Assembly (NCBI GenBank): GCA_964481455.1
Contig: CAYZUM010000001.1
Span: 1 to 57,164 of the forward strand
Direction of reading: 5' to 3'
Origin: an uncultured Methylomonas sp.
Lineage (GTDB): Bacteria > Pseudomonadota > Gammaproteobacteria > Methylococcales > Methylomonadaceae
DNA length: 57,164 nucleotides
A program made the position numbers and the translations under genes. Under the pieces are notes generated by a model that did no database searches, was not told where the DNA came from, and saw only the letters and a program-made list of their open reading frames with translations. Below, in pieces: positions 41,704-51,631 of this stretch (positions are counted from its first letter, which is position 1; every line of letters starts with the position of its first letter).

Positions 41704-42570
41704 ATGATGTCTACAGGCGCATATTACATTCCACACAAGGCAACGTGGCCGATTGCGGCGACTGCAGGTTTATTGACGTTGTTAGTTGGTTTTGCAAATT
41801 ACCTGAATGGTAATGCGGCAGGATCTACTTTCATGCTACTAGGTTTAGCCATTTTTATAGTGATGCTGGCTGGCTGGTTTACCTTGCAGGCCAATGAAAG
41901 TGAAACCGGTATGTATAACCATGGGGTGGGTATTTCCTATCGGATGGGGATGATGTGGTTTATCTTTTCGGAAATTATGTTTTTTGCCGTATTTTTTGGT
42001 ACGCTTTGGTATACACGTAACTTGTCAATGGATTGGTTGGCGGGTATTGGTGACGGGCCTGGGCGTTCTTCGGATATGCTGTGGCCCTCGTTTGAAGCAA
42101 TGTGGCCATCCAATGGGCCGGGTGAAATAGGGGGTGAATTTGAGCCTATGGGCGCTTTCGGTTTACCTTTATTAAATACTTTAATTTTATTAACGAGTGG
42201 TGTCACCTGTACATGGGCGCATCATGGTCTGCTTGCTAACAACCGTTCTCAACTCATTAAAGGATTGTCTTTAACGGTGGGCTTAGGGTTTCTATTCGTT
42301 GGTTTTCAAGCGATTGAGTATATGGAAGCATACCATGATATGGGCTTAACTTTAGGTTCGGGAATCTATGGTTCAACTTTCTTTATGTTAACGGGATTTC
42401 ACGGTGCACACGTTTGTATAGGAGCAATTATGCTATCGGTTGTTTTATTCCGTAGCTGGAGAGGACATTTTACCCCAGAAAATCATTTCGTTTTTGAAGC
42501 CGCTGCCTGGTATTGGCATTTTGTTGATGTAGTCTGGTTAGGCTTATTTATCTTTGTCTATTTACTGTAA
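41704..42570 (+). CDS. coxC: Cytochrome c oxidase subunit III
   Basis: FIFSE, LTGFHGAHV, WYWHFVDVVW. Confidence 0.96.
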   Translation: MMSTGAYYIPHKATWPIAATAGLLTLLVGFANYLNGNAAGSTFMLLGLAIFIVMLAGWFTLQANESETGMYNHGVGISYRMGMMWFIFSEIMFFAVFFGTLWYTRNLSMDWLAGIGDGPGRSSDMLWPSFEAMWPSNGPGEIGGEFEPMGAFGLPLLNTLILLTSGVTCTWAHHGLLANNRSQLIKGLSLTVGLGFLFVGFQAIEYMEAYHDMGLTLGSGIYGSTFFMLTGFHGAHVCIGAIMLSVVLFRSWRGHFTPENHFVFEAAAWYWHFVDVVWLGLFIFVYLL

Positions 42571-42586
42571 CTCAATTCAAATGCCC

Positions 42587-42624
42587 AAAAAAGCACTGCC
42601 TGGTACAGGTAGTGCTTTTTTTTT
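42587..42624 (+). terminator. Intrinsic terminator after coxC
   Basis: AAAAAGCACTGCCTG-GTA-CAGGTAGTGC followed by a T-run. Confidence 0.85.
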
Positions 42625-42657
42625 GTAAAAATTAAAATATGCTGGTTTAGCGTAAGG

Positions 42658-43200
42658 TCAGACTGCTTGATCTCGCGGATAATAATGTGATACTAAAAAA
42701 AATATGATTAATTGATGTTGAGTTAGATGGAATTCAACTAGGGAGCTGGAAATAAATAAACGTCCAATATTGGGCGGGGTTTTTGTTCGTATTCAAGGCG
42801 TACTAACAGGCGCATAAGTACTTAGGCATTATTATTTTAACTAAAATTATGAGGGTAGAAATTCATGACTTTAGTTAATATTTTCTATTTTTTTGTAAAA
42901 ATATATTCAAATTTCCAAAAATTACACTGAAAATTGGAGATTTTATACTTTTTCAAAAAGGTTAAATCAATTTTGCTTGAGTACTTATCAGGCTACGCAA
43001 CTGTTACTACAACGAAGAAGCCAGACAAAAAGACCAGCAATGCTGGATGATTATTTGTTTCCATCTCCCTTAACCTTCAATAATGACATGAATGCTGGGT
43101 TACGTTTTCTCGCTACGCTCAAAAATCTAACCCAGCGAACGATCTTGGTCTCACCTTATTATCTTGGAAAATCTGCAGGGTTATGATTTTATTAGGCTGA
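42658..43200. mobile_element. Family D repeat containing family A (42741-43069) containing family B (42817-42985)
   Basis: Flanks match the uninterrupted D copy at 19904-20113; B has a TA TSD at GCGCATA. Confidence 0.88.
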
Positions 43201-43259
43201 CTCGAAAAATAATATTCTATACTCTAACGCAAAATGGCTAGCATCACTTGTTAAACTAG

Positions 43260-43346
43260 GAGGCTGTCCAAGAATAGAAGCCGTCGCGAGGGAAAGCTGA
43301 CCAAAAGGGGTTTTCCGCAGTAGGTTTTCTATTCTTGGGCAGCCTC
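43260..43346. mobile_element. Family K MITE, 87 bp (CTAG TSD, IS5/IS1182-like ends)
   Basis: CTAG|GAGGCTGTCCAAGAATAGAA...TTCTATTCTTGGGCAGCCTC|CTAG. Confidence 0.88.
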
Positions 43347-43354
43347 CTAGGCAC

Positions 43355-43484
43355 TGCTTGGGAATACGGGGACGAACAGCCCCGCGTGAGAGGTTTTGGT
43401 GTGCAGTACATTAGCGATTACTGTTTCGGACACGCTAAAGCGATTTTTCTCCTGTGGGTATGCTCCGTCTTTATAGTGGGGCGC
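43355..43484. mobile_element. Degenerate family G copy
   Basis: Shares CTGTTTCGGACACGCTAAAGCG and CCGTCTTTATAGT with other G copies; ends approximate. Confidence 0.55.
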
Positions 43485-43502
43485 TGAAAAGGGAAAAATT
43501 AA

Positions 43503-43748
43503 TTATGTTTGTTCAGCCATTTTTTCTTTTTGCAGCTGCATTTGCATCCCTATGCCCGTTGGCTGTATAAGCCCTGTCATTAATGCGATGGCAAGTAAAA
43601 TAAACAAGGCTAGGGAAATACTTATACGATAAGTTAAAGCCTTGACCGTTTTAGCAGAGGTTTCTTTATGTTTAACTAGATGAAACAGTGCTGTGCCAAG
43701 GCTAGCAATAATGGAGATAAAAACAAGAATGATTAGAATTTTTAGCAT
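43503..43748 (-). CDS. Twin transmembrane helix small protein (DUF2909/HIG1-like)
   Basis: IIASLGTALFHL...TVKALTYRISIS; typical divergent position in cox clusters. Confidence 0.85.
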   Translation of the reverse strand: MLKILIILVFISIIASLGTALFHLVKHKETSAKTVKALTYRISISLALFILLAIALMTGLIQPTGIGMQMQLQKEKMAEQT

Positions 43749-43907
43749 AATATTAAAAGCCTCTAAGAAGATAAATAGTTTGTTAAACCAGAGTGTTTGT
43801 TAAAAGTAGGAGTGAATAAGTGTTTTGTTTAGCAATATAACTGGATAGATATGTGTTGCTCTGCAAGGGGAAGCAATGTAGCACGGATATAAAAATGTCT
43901 GGCCTTA

Positions 43908-44061
43908 GGTAACTCGCAATAAATAAACTACCCATATTGCGCAGGATTTTTGTTCGTCTTCAAGGCGTAGAAATAGGCGCATAGCAGGCTACGTAACTAT
44001 TTCTACAACGCAGAAGACGGACAAAAAAACAAGCAAGGTGGGTTATTTGTTGTGAGTTACC
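43908..44061. mobile_element. Family A MITE (reference copy)
   Basis: TTA|GGTAACTCGCAATAAATAA...TTATTTGTTGTGAGTTACC|TTA. Confidence 0.92.
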
Positions 44062-44102
44062 TTAAGAGCGCCTGCTTTTGCGATAGGCTATAAAAGAAAT
44101 CC

Positions 44103-44387
44103 AGCTGCCCCTGTAAAACGAGACATTAGGGTTGGAGTGACACGCTTTAGCGTGTCCGAAACAGCAATCGCTATTGCACGTTTGTCATTACTTTAAATGT
44201 CATTTGTCCCTGATTAAGGGAGATGGAAACAAACATCATCCAAGATTGCGGGTCTGTTTGTCCGTCTTCAGCGTTGTAGTAACCGTTTCGTAGCCTGCTA
44301 TGCGCCTGTTACTACGCCTTGAATACGAACAAAAATACTGCCCAATATTGGACGTTTATTTATTTCCAGCTCCCTAAGTTGATAGCC
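44103..44387. mobile_element. Family G MITE with nested family A copy (44218-44374)
   Basis: 8-bp TSD AGAAATCC / AGAAATTC; A inserted with a TAA TSD in the right TIR of G. Confidence 0.8.
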
Positions 44388-44503
44388 AGAAATTCCAATA
44401 AAATGACGGTCTGTGCTATAAACGCTAAATCATTTATACTCACTTACTTTGTTACGATAATTATATCCTAAATGTTTAACTAAAATTTACAAATGGCCTA
44501 TTC

Positions 44504-45259
44504 ATGAAACAGAGTTTGTCTCTATCGTGCTGTAACATTAAAATTATACCGCTATTTGTTTTTGTGTGTGTACTGGCATTATTGCTGCGCCTCGGTTTTT
44601 GGCAATTGAGTCGGGCAGAAGAAAAACGTGAATTGCTGGCTAATCAATTTCAGAAGATGGAAAAGGAAATATTGCCAATGACTGAGATTTTATTAGCAGA
44701 AGATATCAAAAAAGAAGCATTAAGGTATCAGCGCGTTAGTTTGCAAGGGCGCTACGATGTTAAACATCAGTTTTTAATAGATAATCAGATTCATGATGGC
44801 AAGGTGGGGTGTTTTGTTTTAACACCTTTTAGGTTGACGGCAAGTCATCAAACCGTGCTCATTAATCGAGGCTGGGTTTTGATGGACAAAGACAGAACGC
44901 AATTACCTGATGTTGACTTTACGCCTTTGCCTGGGGAGGTGTCGGTGGTCGGCGTGATTAACACTTTTCCTGAAGTAGGGTGGGTTCTGAAAGGAGCGGA
45001 TGAGCCTGGAAAAGGGTGGCCTTCGGTCGTGCAGCTTATAAATAACAAAAAGATTCGCAATAAACTTAACCAGCCAATTCTGGATTTTCAGGTACAGTTG
45101 GCACCAGGGCAAGCCTATGGCTATATTAGAGAGTGGAAAATCAACATGCGTATGCCACCAGAGAAGCATGTTGCCTATGCTTTTCAATGGTTTTCCCTAG
45201 CCTTTACCTTAACTTTATTAACCCTTTGGGGAAGTTGTAAAAAACATAAAAATGATTGA
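44504..45259 (+). CDS. SURF1 family oxidase assembly protein
   Basis: LGFWQLSRA, LINRGWV, H.AYAFQWF. Confidence 0.93.
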   Translation: MKQSLSLSCCNIKIIPLFVFVCVLALLLRLGFWQLSRAEEKRELLANQFQKMEKEILPMTEILLAEDIKKEALRYQRVSLQGRYDVKHQFLIDNQIHDGKVGCFVLTPFRLTASHQTVLINRGWVLMDKDRTQLPDVDFTPLPGEVSVVGVINTFPEVGWVLKGADEPGKGWPSVVQLINNKKIRNKLNQPILDFQVQLAPGQAYGYIREWKINMRMPPEKHVAYAFQWFSLAFTLTLLTLWGSCKKHKND

Positions 45260-45851
45260 TCAAACAAAGAAAAACCATCGTACGATAATAATATTAGCCT
45301 TAATGACGCTTATACCCTTCTCATTTGCATGGTACTTAACAACAGACCCAGACTTTCGGCCTGGCTCAACCAACAATGGTAAGCTCATTATTCCAGTAGT
45401 CACGACAGAGCGTACTGATTTTAAAGGGGTTGATCAATTTTCCGTAGACAATCTTAAAGAATTAAACGGACATTGGGTAATGTTAAATATTATTCCTGAT
45501 GCAGAATGTTTAAAGGTCTGTGCCGATGCGATTCATGCAACGAAACAGCTACGCCTGATGCTCAATAAAGATTTAACACGTACCCGCAGGGCTGTGATTA
45601 TTATGCAAGGAAAACAACGTGTAGATTATCAGCCCTGGTGGGATGAGGATGATAGGCTATTAAAGGTTAAGGTCAATACGGCTTTAGCGGAACAGCTAAA
45701 GCGGTTACTAGGCGGTGCTGAAATGGTAGAAGGGCAGTTAATTTTGATGGATCCTTTAGGAAACCTGATGATGCAATATAAATCAGGGTTTGATCCTTAT
45801 GCTGTAAAACGTGATTTAAAAAAATTACTTAGAATTTCTCAAATAGGGTAA
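45252..45851 (+). CDS. Membrane-anchored thioredoxin-fold (SCO-like) cox cluster protein
   Basis: N-terminal TM, CLKVC, LMDPLGNLMMQY..RDLKKLLRISQIG. Confidence 0.75.
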   Translation: MIDQTKKNHRTIIILALMTLIPFSFAWYLTTDPDFRPGSTNNGKLIIPVVTTERTDFKGVDQFSVDNLKELNGHWVMLNIIPDAECLKVCADAIHATKQLRLMLNKDLTRTRRAVIIMQGKQRVDYQPWWDEDDRLLKVKVNTALAEQLKRLLGGAEMVEGQLILMDPLGNLMMQYKSGFDPYAVKRDLKKLLRISQIG

Positions 45852-45857
45852 ATTAAC

Positions 45858-47798
45858 ATGTTCAGGCTTTCCGCATTATTAGTTTGTTTCTTTGCTTTAA
45901 TATCAGCAGTTTCAGGTGTTTTGCTGCACTTTTCACCTGAAACTATTCAATCTTGCACTGACTATGCAGACTGTTATCAGCAAATTAAGGTATTGATTAG
46001 TCAGGTAAGCTTTAATGTATATGAAATTGTATGGCTAACGCACTTTTTAAGTACCTTAGCGATCATAATATTTGTGGCTGCGATGTTATTAAGCAGTTTT
46101 TGGTCCCGTTCATCCCGCGTAGGCACGGTAATTTGGACGCTTGTCTTGGCAGGTATGGTGGGTTTGCAAATTCAGCCGGGCGTTTATCAACATCTGCTCG
46201 CAACACAAGCGTTGAATCATGCTGCCCACTACTTATTAAATGCACTGGTTTTATGTGTCGCATTCCACCTTTATTTGCGCAGTAAAACAATCTGGGTTAA
46301 GCGTCATGAGGGAGAAGGGATACTGCTCGTTTCGTTTTCAATATTACTGTTAGGGCTGCAACTTGTTTTAGGCGCTTGGCTTACAGCGAATAATGCCGGG
46401 TTGGTATGTGGTGGTTTCCCACGATGTCTTGGTTCCTGGTGGCCACCCGTTGCAGATTATCAAAATGCGTTTAACCTGTTTTCTTCTTTATCCTTTGCTG
46501 CGAAAGTTGCAGTGCACTGGGTGCACAGAATTCTTTCAGTCTTTGTATTTGTTATTTTGACATGGTTAATGCTGGCTGCGACCACTCGACGTATAAAGCA
46601 AGTTCGTTGGGCAGGTGCTGCGGTTAGCTTGCTGTTGCTGGTACAGATAGGTGCAGGCATTCTACTCGTTAAATTTGCTATGCCGCCTTGGGTAGTCGCC
46701 GTTCATAGTCTGACGGCGGTGGTTTTAATGTTGCCATTACTGGCTATTCGGTTTTATAGCAAATATCAGGCTTTTGATGAGCAAGTCAGTGATGCAGAAG
46801 AACATGCTGTAGAATTACCGCAAATTGAAGAAGCGCTCATTGTTCAGGAGATTCCTTTAGATGAAGCGTCTGAACCAGAGTCTTTATATTTACGTTTAAA
46901 AACACAGCTTAGTAAAACACGGACTGGCCTAGGTTCTGTGTTATCTGCAGTGACCTTAGGGAATAGAGCAATAGACCAGGATTTACTGGAAGAAATTGAA
47001 ACCAGTTTATTAATGGCTGATGTGGGGATGGAAGTTACCACAGGTATTATTGCAAACCTTGAAGAGAGTGTTGAAAAACACCAGTTAAAAGATAGCAGTG
47101 CCTTACAATCACTGCTGAAGCAGCAATTATTAGAATTGTTAAAGCCAGTAAGTCAGCCTTTGGTGATTCCTGAACAACAAGGCCCCTATGTTATTCTGGT
47201 TGTGGGTGTTAATGGTGTTGGCAAAACCACAACCATTGGGAAATTGGCGCAAAGAATACAACAACAGGGTCATAGTGTTATGTTAGCCGCTGGGGATACC
47301 TTTAGAGCGGCAGCCGTTGAACAATTACAAGCCTGGGGTGAGCGTAACCAGATACAGGTGGTTGCACAGCATACCGGGGCAGATTCTGCATCGGTTATAT
47401 ATGATGGTGTGCAGTCAGCGCAAGCAAAGGGCATAGATGTATTAATAGCGGATACAGCAGGGCGGTTGCATACTAAGTCTAATCTGATGGAAGAGTTAAG
47501 CAAAATCAAACGCATTATGACTAAACTTGATGATACCGCTCCACATGAAGTCTTATTAGTTCTGGATGCGGGAACAGGCCAGAATGCACTTTCCCAGGCT
47601 GAACATTTTAATAAGTCAGTTACTTTGACCGGAATTGCCCTGACAAAACTAGATGGCACTGCTAAAGGGGGAATGATTTTCGCTTTAGCTAAACAGATTG
47701 GAGTGCCTATTCGATTTCTTGGGGTTGGGGAAGGCATTAATGACTTGCAGGATTTTAATGCAGAACAGTTTATAGATGCATTGTTTGTCACAGACTAG
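45858..47798 (+). CDS. ftsY: Fusion of a heme A synthase (CtaA/COX15)-like membrane domain and SRP receptor FtsY
   Basis: N-terminal ~300 aa, ~8 TM, with CTDYADC, CGGFPRC, VHWVHR; C-terminal NG domain GVNGVGKTTT, DTFRAAA, DTAGR, TKLDGTAKGG. Confidence 0.9.
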   Translation: MFRLSALLVCFFALISAVSGVLLHFSPETIQSCTDYADCYQQIKVLISQVSFNVYEIVWLTHFLSTLAIIIFVAAMLLSSFWSRSSRVGTVIWTLVLAGMVGLQIQPGVYQHLLATQALNHAAHYLLNALVLCVAFHLYLRSKTIWVKRHEGEGILLVSFSILLLGLQLVLGAWLTANNAGLVCGGFPRCLGSWWPPVADYQNAFNLFSSLSFAAKVAVHWVHRILSVFVFVILTWLMLAATTRRIKQVRWAGAAVSLLLLVQIGAGILLVKFAMPPWVVAVHSLTAVVLMLPLLAIRFYSKYQAFDEQVSDAEEHAVELPQIEEALIVQEIPLDEASEPESLYLRLKTQLSKTRTGLGSVLSAVTLGNRAIDQDLLEEIETSLLMADVGMEVTTGIIANLEESVEKHQLKDSSALQSLLKQQLLELLKPVSQPLVIPEQQGPYVILVVGVNGVGKTTTIGKLAQRIQQQGHSVMLAAGDTFRAAAVEQLQAWGERNQIQVVAQHTGADSASVIYDGVQSAQAKGIDVLIADTAGRLHTKSNLMEELSKIKRIMTKLDDTAPHEVLLVLDAGTGQNALSQAEHFNKSVTLTGIALTKLDGTAKGGMIFALAKQIGVPIRFLGVGEGINDLQDFNAEQFIDALFVTD

Positions 47799-47812
47799 AC
47801 CAAAGGCTTGGG

Positions 47813-48487
47813 TTGATGCTTACTTTTGAACGTGTTTTTAAACGCTATGAGGGCGCCGGTGATGCGCTCACTGATGTAAGCTTTCATCTTGGAAAAGGTG
47901 AAATGACTTTTTTGACGGGGCATTCGGGAGCAGGAAAAAGTACATTGCTGAAATTAATTGCAATGATTGAGCGGAGCTCTAGAGGGCAAGTGCATGTTGA
48001 TGGACAAAACCTGAATCGTATGAATGATAAACAGATTCCTTTTTTACGTCGCAAGCTAGGCTTGATCTTTCAAGATTATAAGTTGCTAATGGACCGGACT
48101 GTTTTTGAAAATATTGCTTTACCTTTAGTTGTCGCTGGAGTGGGGCAATATGAAATGGCTCGACGTGTTCGAGCGGCCCTTGATAAAGTAGGTTTGTTAG
48201 CAAAGGAAAAAAAATATCCTCTGGCATTATCAGGGGGAGAGCAGCAGCGTATAGGCATTGCGCGAGCGGTTGTTAATAAACCAGCGATTATTCTGGCAGA
48301 TGAGCCAACTGGAAATCTTGACCCTGAACTTTCAGCAGAAATCATGCATTTGTTTGCTCAATTTAGGCAAGTGGGAGTCACCGTTCTAATTGCGACTCAT
48401 GATATAGGCTTAATTAGCCGATTTGATCATAGGGTATTGCAATTAGAGCATGGGCGGCTAGTACAGCAGTTCCGAAGTAAACAATAA
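47813..48487 (+). CDS. ftsE: Cell division ATP-binding protein
   Basis: [27 protein letters not shown]. Confidence 0.95.
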   Translation: MMLTFERVFKRYEGAGDALTDVSFHLGKGEMTFLTGHSGAGKSTLLKLIAMIERSSRGQVHVDGQNLNRMNDKQIPFLRRKLGLIFQDYKLLMDRTVFENIALPLVVAGVGQYEMARRVRAALDKVGLLAKEKKYPLALSGGEQQRIGIARAVVNKPAIILADEPTGNLDPELSAEIMHLFAQFRQVGVTVLIATHDIGLISRFDHRVLQLEHGRLVQQFRSKQ

Positions 48488-48556
48488 AATACACTTTGTT
48501 ATGCTATTTTTTATATCATCAATTTAAGGGAGGGGCTGTACTAGTAATGAGCACTT

Positions 48557-49555
48557 ATGAAATCTGTTAAGCAAAGTAAAGTTGCAAGCACTAGAGGCGA
48601 ACAGCAACATAAGCCAGTAAAGCGAGGGAATGATCATTATATTATTCATGCTTTAAAGTGCCATAAAGCATCGCTGCTTGCGAGTTTGATTCGTTTGTTA
48701 AAGGCTCCGTATACTACCATGATGGCTGTTTCCGTCATGGCTATAGCCATTGCTTTAGCAGGAAGTTTCTATGTATTAGTCAGTAATGCACAGAAACTCG
48801 TTGATTCGTTTCAGACTGGAAAGCAAATTTCTTTGTTTTTAGAGGAGCAAATAAATGAACAGCAAGCGAGGAGTATAGCGACAGAGTTACGAGCCCTTGA
48901 GTCGATAGAAAAAATTATCTTGATATCAAAACAACAGGCTTTAGCGGAATTTAAGCAATATAGCGGCTTTGGTGCTGCTTTAGATGCGTTGCAGGGAAAC
49001 CCCTTACCTGTAGTGCTTCAGGTTTACCCAAAAGAATCATTCACGGAAACTATTCAATTAAAGCAGTTGTTTGCCCGAATGCAGAATCAGCCGGGTGTCG
49101 ATTTTGCACAAATGGATATGGAGTGGGTGTTACGCGTGCAATTGATTTTGCAAGTTGCGCAAAGAATTGTACTCCTATTAAGTATTTTACTTGCCCTGGC
49201 TGTCATCTTTATTGCTGGGAATACCATACGTTCTGAATTGCAAACACGGCAGAATGAAGTCGTTATCACACAACTTGTTGGAGGCACAAATGCGTTTATT
49301 TGTCTGCCCTTTCTGTATGCTGGATTTTGGTATGGTTTTATATCAGGTGTCTTGGCCTGGTGTATTGTTTTCTTGATGCTGATATTGATTAATGCGCCTT
49401 TAGAGCAATTATCATTGCTTTATCAAAGCCCGTTTCAATTGCAATTCTTGAGTGCTGGTGAGTCAGCATTGTTAGTTATATCTGCTTCAGGGCTGGGTGT
49501 TATAGGTTCTTTGGTCGTTGTGAGTTATCAACTAAGCTTATTAAAACCCGAATAG
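48557..49555 (+). CDS. ftsX: Cell division permease
   Basis: NPLP, GNTIR, LVGGT..FI..PFLY.G. Confidence 0.93.
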   Translation: MKSVKQSKVASTRGEQQHKPVKRGNDHYIIHALKCHKASLLASLIRLLKAPYTTMMAVSVMAIAIALAGSFYVLVSNAQKLVDSFQTGKQISLFLEEQINEQQARSIATELRALESIEKIILISKQQALAEFKQYSGFGAALDALQGNPLPVVLQVYPKESFTETIQLKQLFARMQNQPGVDFAQMDMEWVLRVQLILQVAQRIVLLLSILLALAVIFIAGNTIRSELQTRQNEVVITQLVGGTNAFICLPFLYAGFWYGFISGVLAWCIVFLMLILINAPLEQLSLLYQSPFQLQFLSAGESALLVISASGLGVIGSLVVVSYQLSLLKPE

Positions 49556-49682
49556 CCTTGTTTTTGAACTTTGAGTCCTTATATCTTGTAAAGCGAGTTA
49601 ATTGCCGGTAAGGTAGCGTATGGAGACATCATTGGGATGAGTTTTTAGGCTACATAAAAATAACAAGAATAGGGAGAGACGT

Positions 49683-49919
49683 ATGCCAAAAAGTCAAAAT
49701 TTACAAGATACTTTTTTAAATACACTTAGAAAAGAGCATACACCTGTATCGATTTTTCTGGTGAACGGGATAAAATTGCAAGGGCGGGTTGATTCATTTG
49801 ATCAATACGTTATTATGCTAAAAAACACGATGGTACAAATGGTTTATAAACATGCAATTTCAACGATTGTGCCGGGTAAATCTTTTAACATAATCAATAA
49901 AGAGAGTGAACTTGAGTAA
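49683..49919 (+). CDS. hfq: RNA chaperone Hfq
   Basis: [29 protein letters not shown]. Confidence 0.97.
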   Translation: MPKSQNLQDTFLNTLRKEHTPVSIFLVNGIKLQGRVDSFDQYVIMLKNTMVQMVYKHAISTIVPGKSFNIINKESELE

Positions 49920-49951
49920 TTTGATTATTTGTATAAGCAAGGGGTTGTACC

Positions 49952-51220
49952 TTGTTTGATCGCCCAGAATCAGGTGAAAGAGCCGTTCTGGTACATATTA
50001 ATCTGCATGCAGGGCAAGAAGATTTAAATGAATTAAAAGAGCTGGCACGATCTGCGGGTGCTGAAGTTGTAGATGTACTCACAGGTTCGAGGCGTACTCC
50101 GGATCCAAAGTACTTTATTGGTAGTGGTAAACTGGAAGAATTAAAAGCTGCGATAGAAGAGTCAGAAGCAGATCTGGTTTTGTTTAACCATGCCTTAAGC
50201 CCAAGTCAGCAGCGTAATCTTGAAGCGGCTCTGGAGTTTAGGGTGGTTGATCGTAATGGACTGATTTTAGATATCTTTGCCTTGCGCGCCAACACACATG
50301 ATGGAAAACTACAAGTTGAACTGGCACAATTAAAGCACCTTTCTACGCGCTTAACGCGGGGCTGGACACACCTGGATAGACAAAAAGGGGGTATTGGGAT
50401 GCGTGGAACCGGCGAGACTCAGTTAGAGGATGATCGGCGTCAGGTTGGTATGCGTCTTAAACTGGTCCAAAGTCGTCTTGAAAAAGTTGTTAAACAGCGT
50501 CATCAAGGTCGTGCTAGACGTAAACGCTCGGAAATACCCAATTTATCATTAGTGGGCTATACCAATGCGGGTAAATCAACGCTGTTTAATGGCTTGACAG
50601 GCGCAGATATCTATGTGGCAAATCAACTGTTTGCCACGCTTGATCCTACGTTAAGGCGCTTTAAATTAGCGAATGCGACTGAGGTTGTGTTGGCTGATAC
50701 CGTTGGGTTTATTCGTCATTTACCCCACGAGTTGGTTGCCGCCTTTAAATCGACCTTACAGGAAGCGACTGAAGCAGATTTATTATTACATGTGATAGAT
50801 GCCAATGATGAAAGCCGAGATGAAACAATCTTTGAAGTCAATCGGGTGTTAACAGAAATTGGGGCGAATACTAACCTGCAACTAGAAGTTTTTAATAAAA
50901 TTGACGTGCTGGATGACTTTGTTCCGCGGATTGATCGAAATGAGCAGGGGCGACCGGTACGCGTATGGTTATCCGCAAAAACTGGCGACGGGATGGAACT
51001 GTTATTACAAGCTTTAGCAGAAATGTTTTCATCGACTAAGGTTAAAAAGCTGTGTCATTTATCACCTAGCCAAGGTGGCGTGCGTGCAAAACTATTTTCA
51101 GTTGCGAATATTTTGCAAGAAGATTTTACCGAACAAGGAGGCTGGGATTTAGCCATTGAAATAGATCAACAGTACATGGGGATCTTAAGCGAAGTGGATA
51201 TGGAAGAAATTGAGTCATGA
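49952..51220 (+). CDS. hflX: Ribosome-splitting GTPase
   Basis: GYTNAGKST, LFATLD, DTVGF, NKID. Confidence 0.96.
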   Translation: MFDRPESGERAVLVHINLHAGQEDLNELKELARSAGAEVVDVLTGSRRTPDPKYFIGSGKLEELKAAIEESEADLVLFNHALSPSQQRNLEAALEFRVVDRNGLILDIFALRANTHDGKLQVELAQLKHLSTRLTRGWTHLDRQKGGIGMRGTGETQLEDDRRQVGMRLKLVQSRLEKVVKQRHQGRARRKRSEIPNLSLVGYTNAGKSTLFNGLTGADIYVANQLFATLDPTLRRFKLANATEVVLADTVGFIRHLPHELVAAFKSTLQEATEADLLLHVIDANDESRDETIFEVNRVLTEIGANTNLQLEVFNKIDVLDDFVPRIDRNEQGRPVRVWLSAKTGDGMELLLQALAEMFSSTKVKKLCHLSPSQGGVRAKLFSVANILQEDFTEQGGWDLAIEIDQQYMGILSEVDMEEIES

Positions 51221-51261
51221 TGATTGTATACTAAGGCGTTTTTAGGATAATTACAGAGTTA

Positions 51262-51419
51262 GGTAACACGCAATAAAAAAACCACCTATATTGCGCAGGA
51301 TTTTTGTTTGTCTTCAAGGCGTAGAAATAGGCGCATAGCTGGTTGCGTAACTCTTTCTACAACACTGAAGACGGATAAAAAGGCAAGCAAGTTGGGTGGG
51401 GTATTTATTGCGAGTTGTC
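51262..51419. mobile_element. Family A MITE
   Basis: TTA|GGTAACACGCAATAAA...TTTATTGCGAGTTGTC|TTA. Confidence 0.88.
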
Positions 51420-51631
51420 TTAAATCATAGGGATTTATATTGTTATTCAGATGTCCATTTCAAATTTCCTAAAAAACTGGAGTGAAATGTCACTCCAGTT
51501 TGCTTTAAGCGTCCTTTTGTAGGGCTTTCGTTGACAGGAAATGCTTTGAGCGGATGTTATAGAGAAACTGAATAATAACCGATTAAATAGATTACCTTTA
51601 TTTTTTTGCAGTAAAAATGTGGAGTTAGAGA

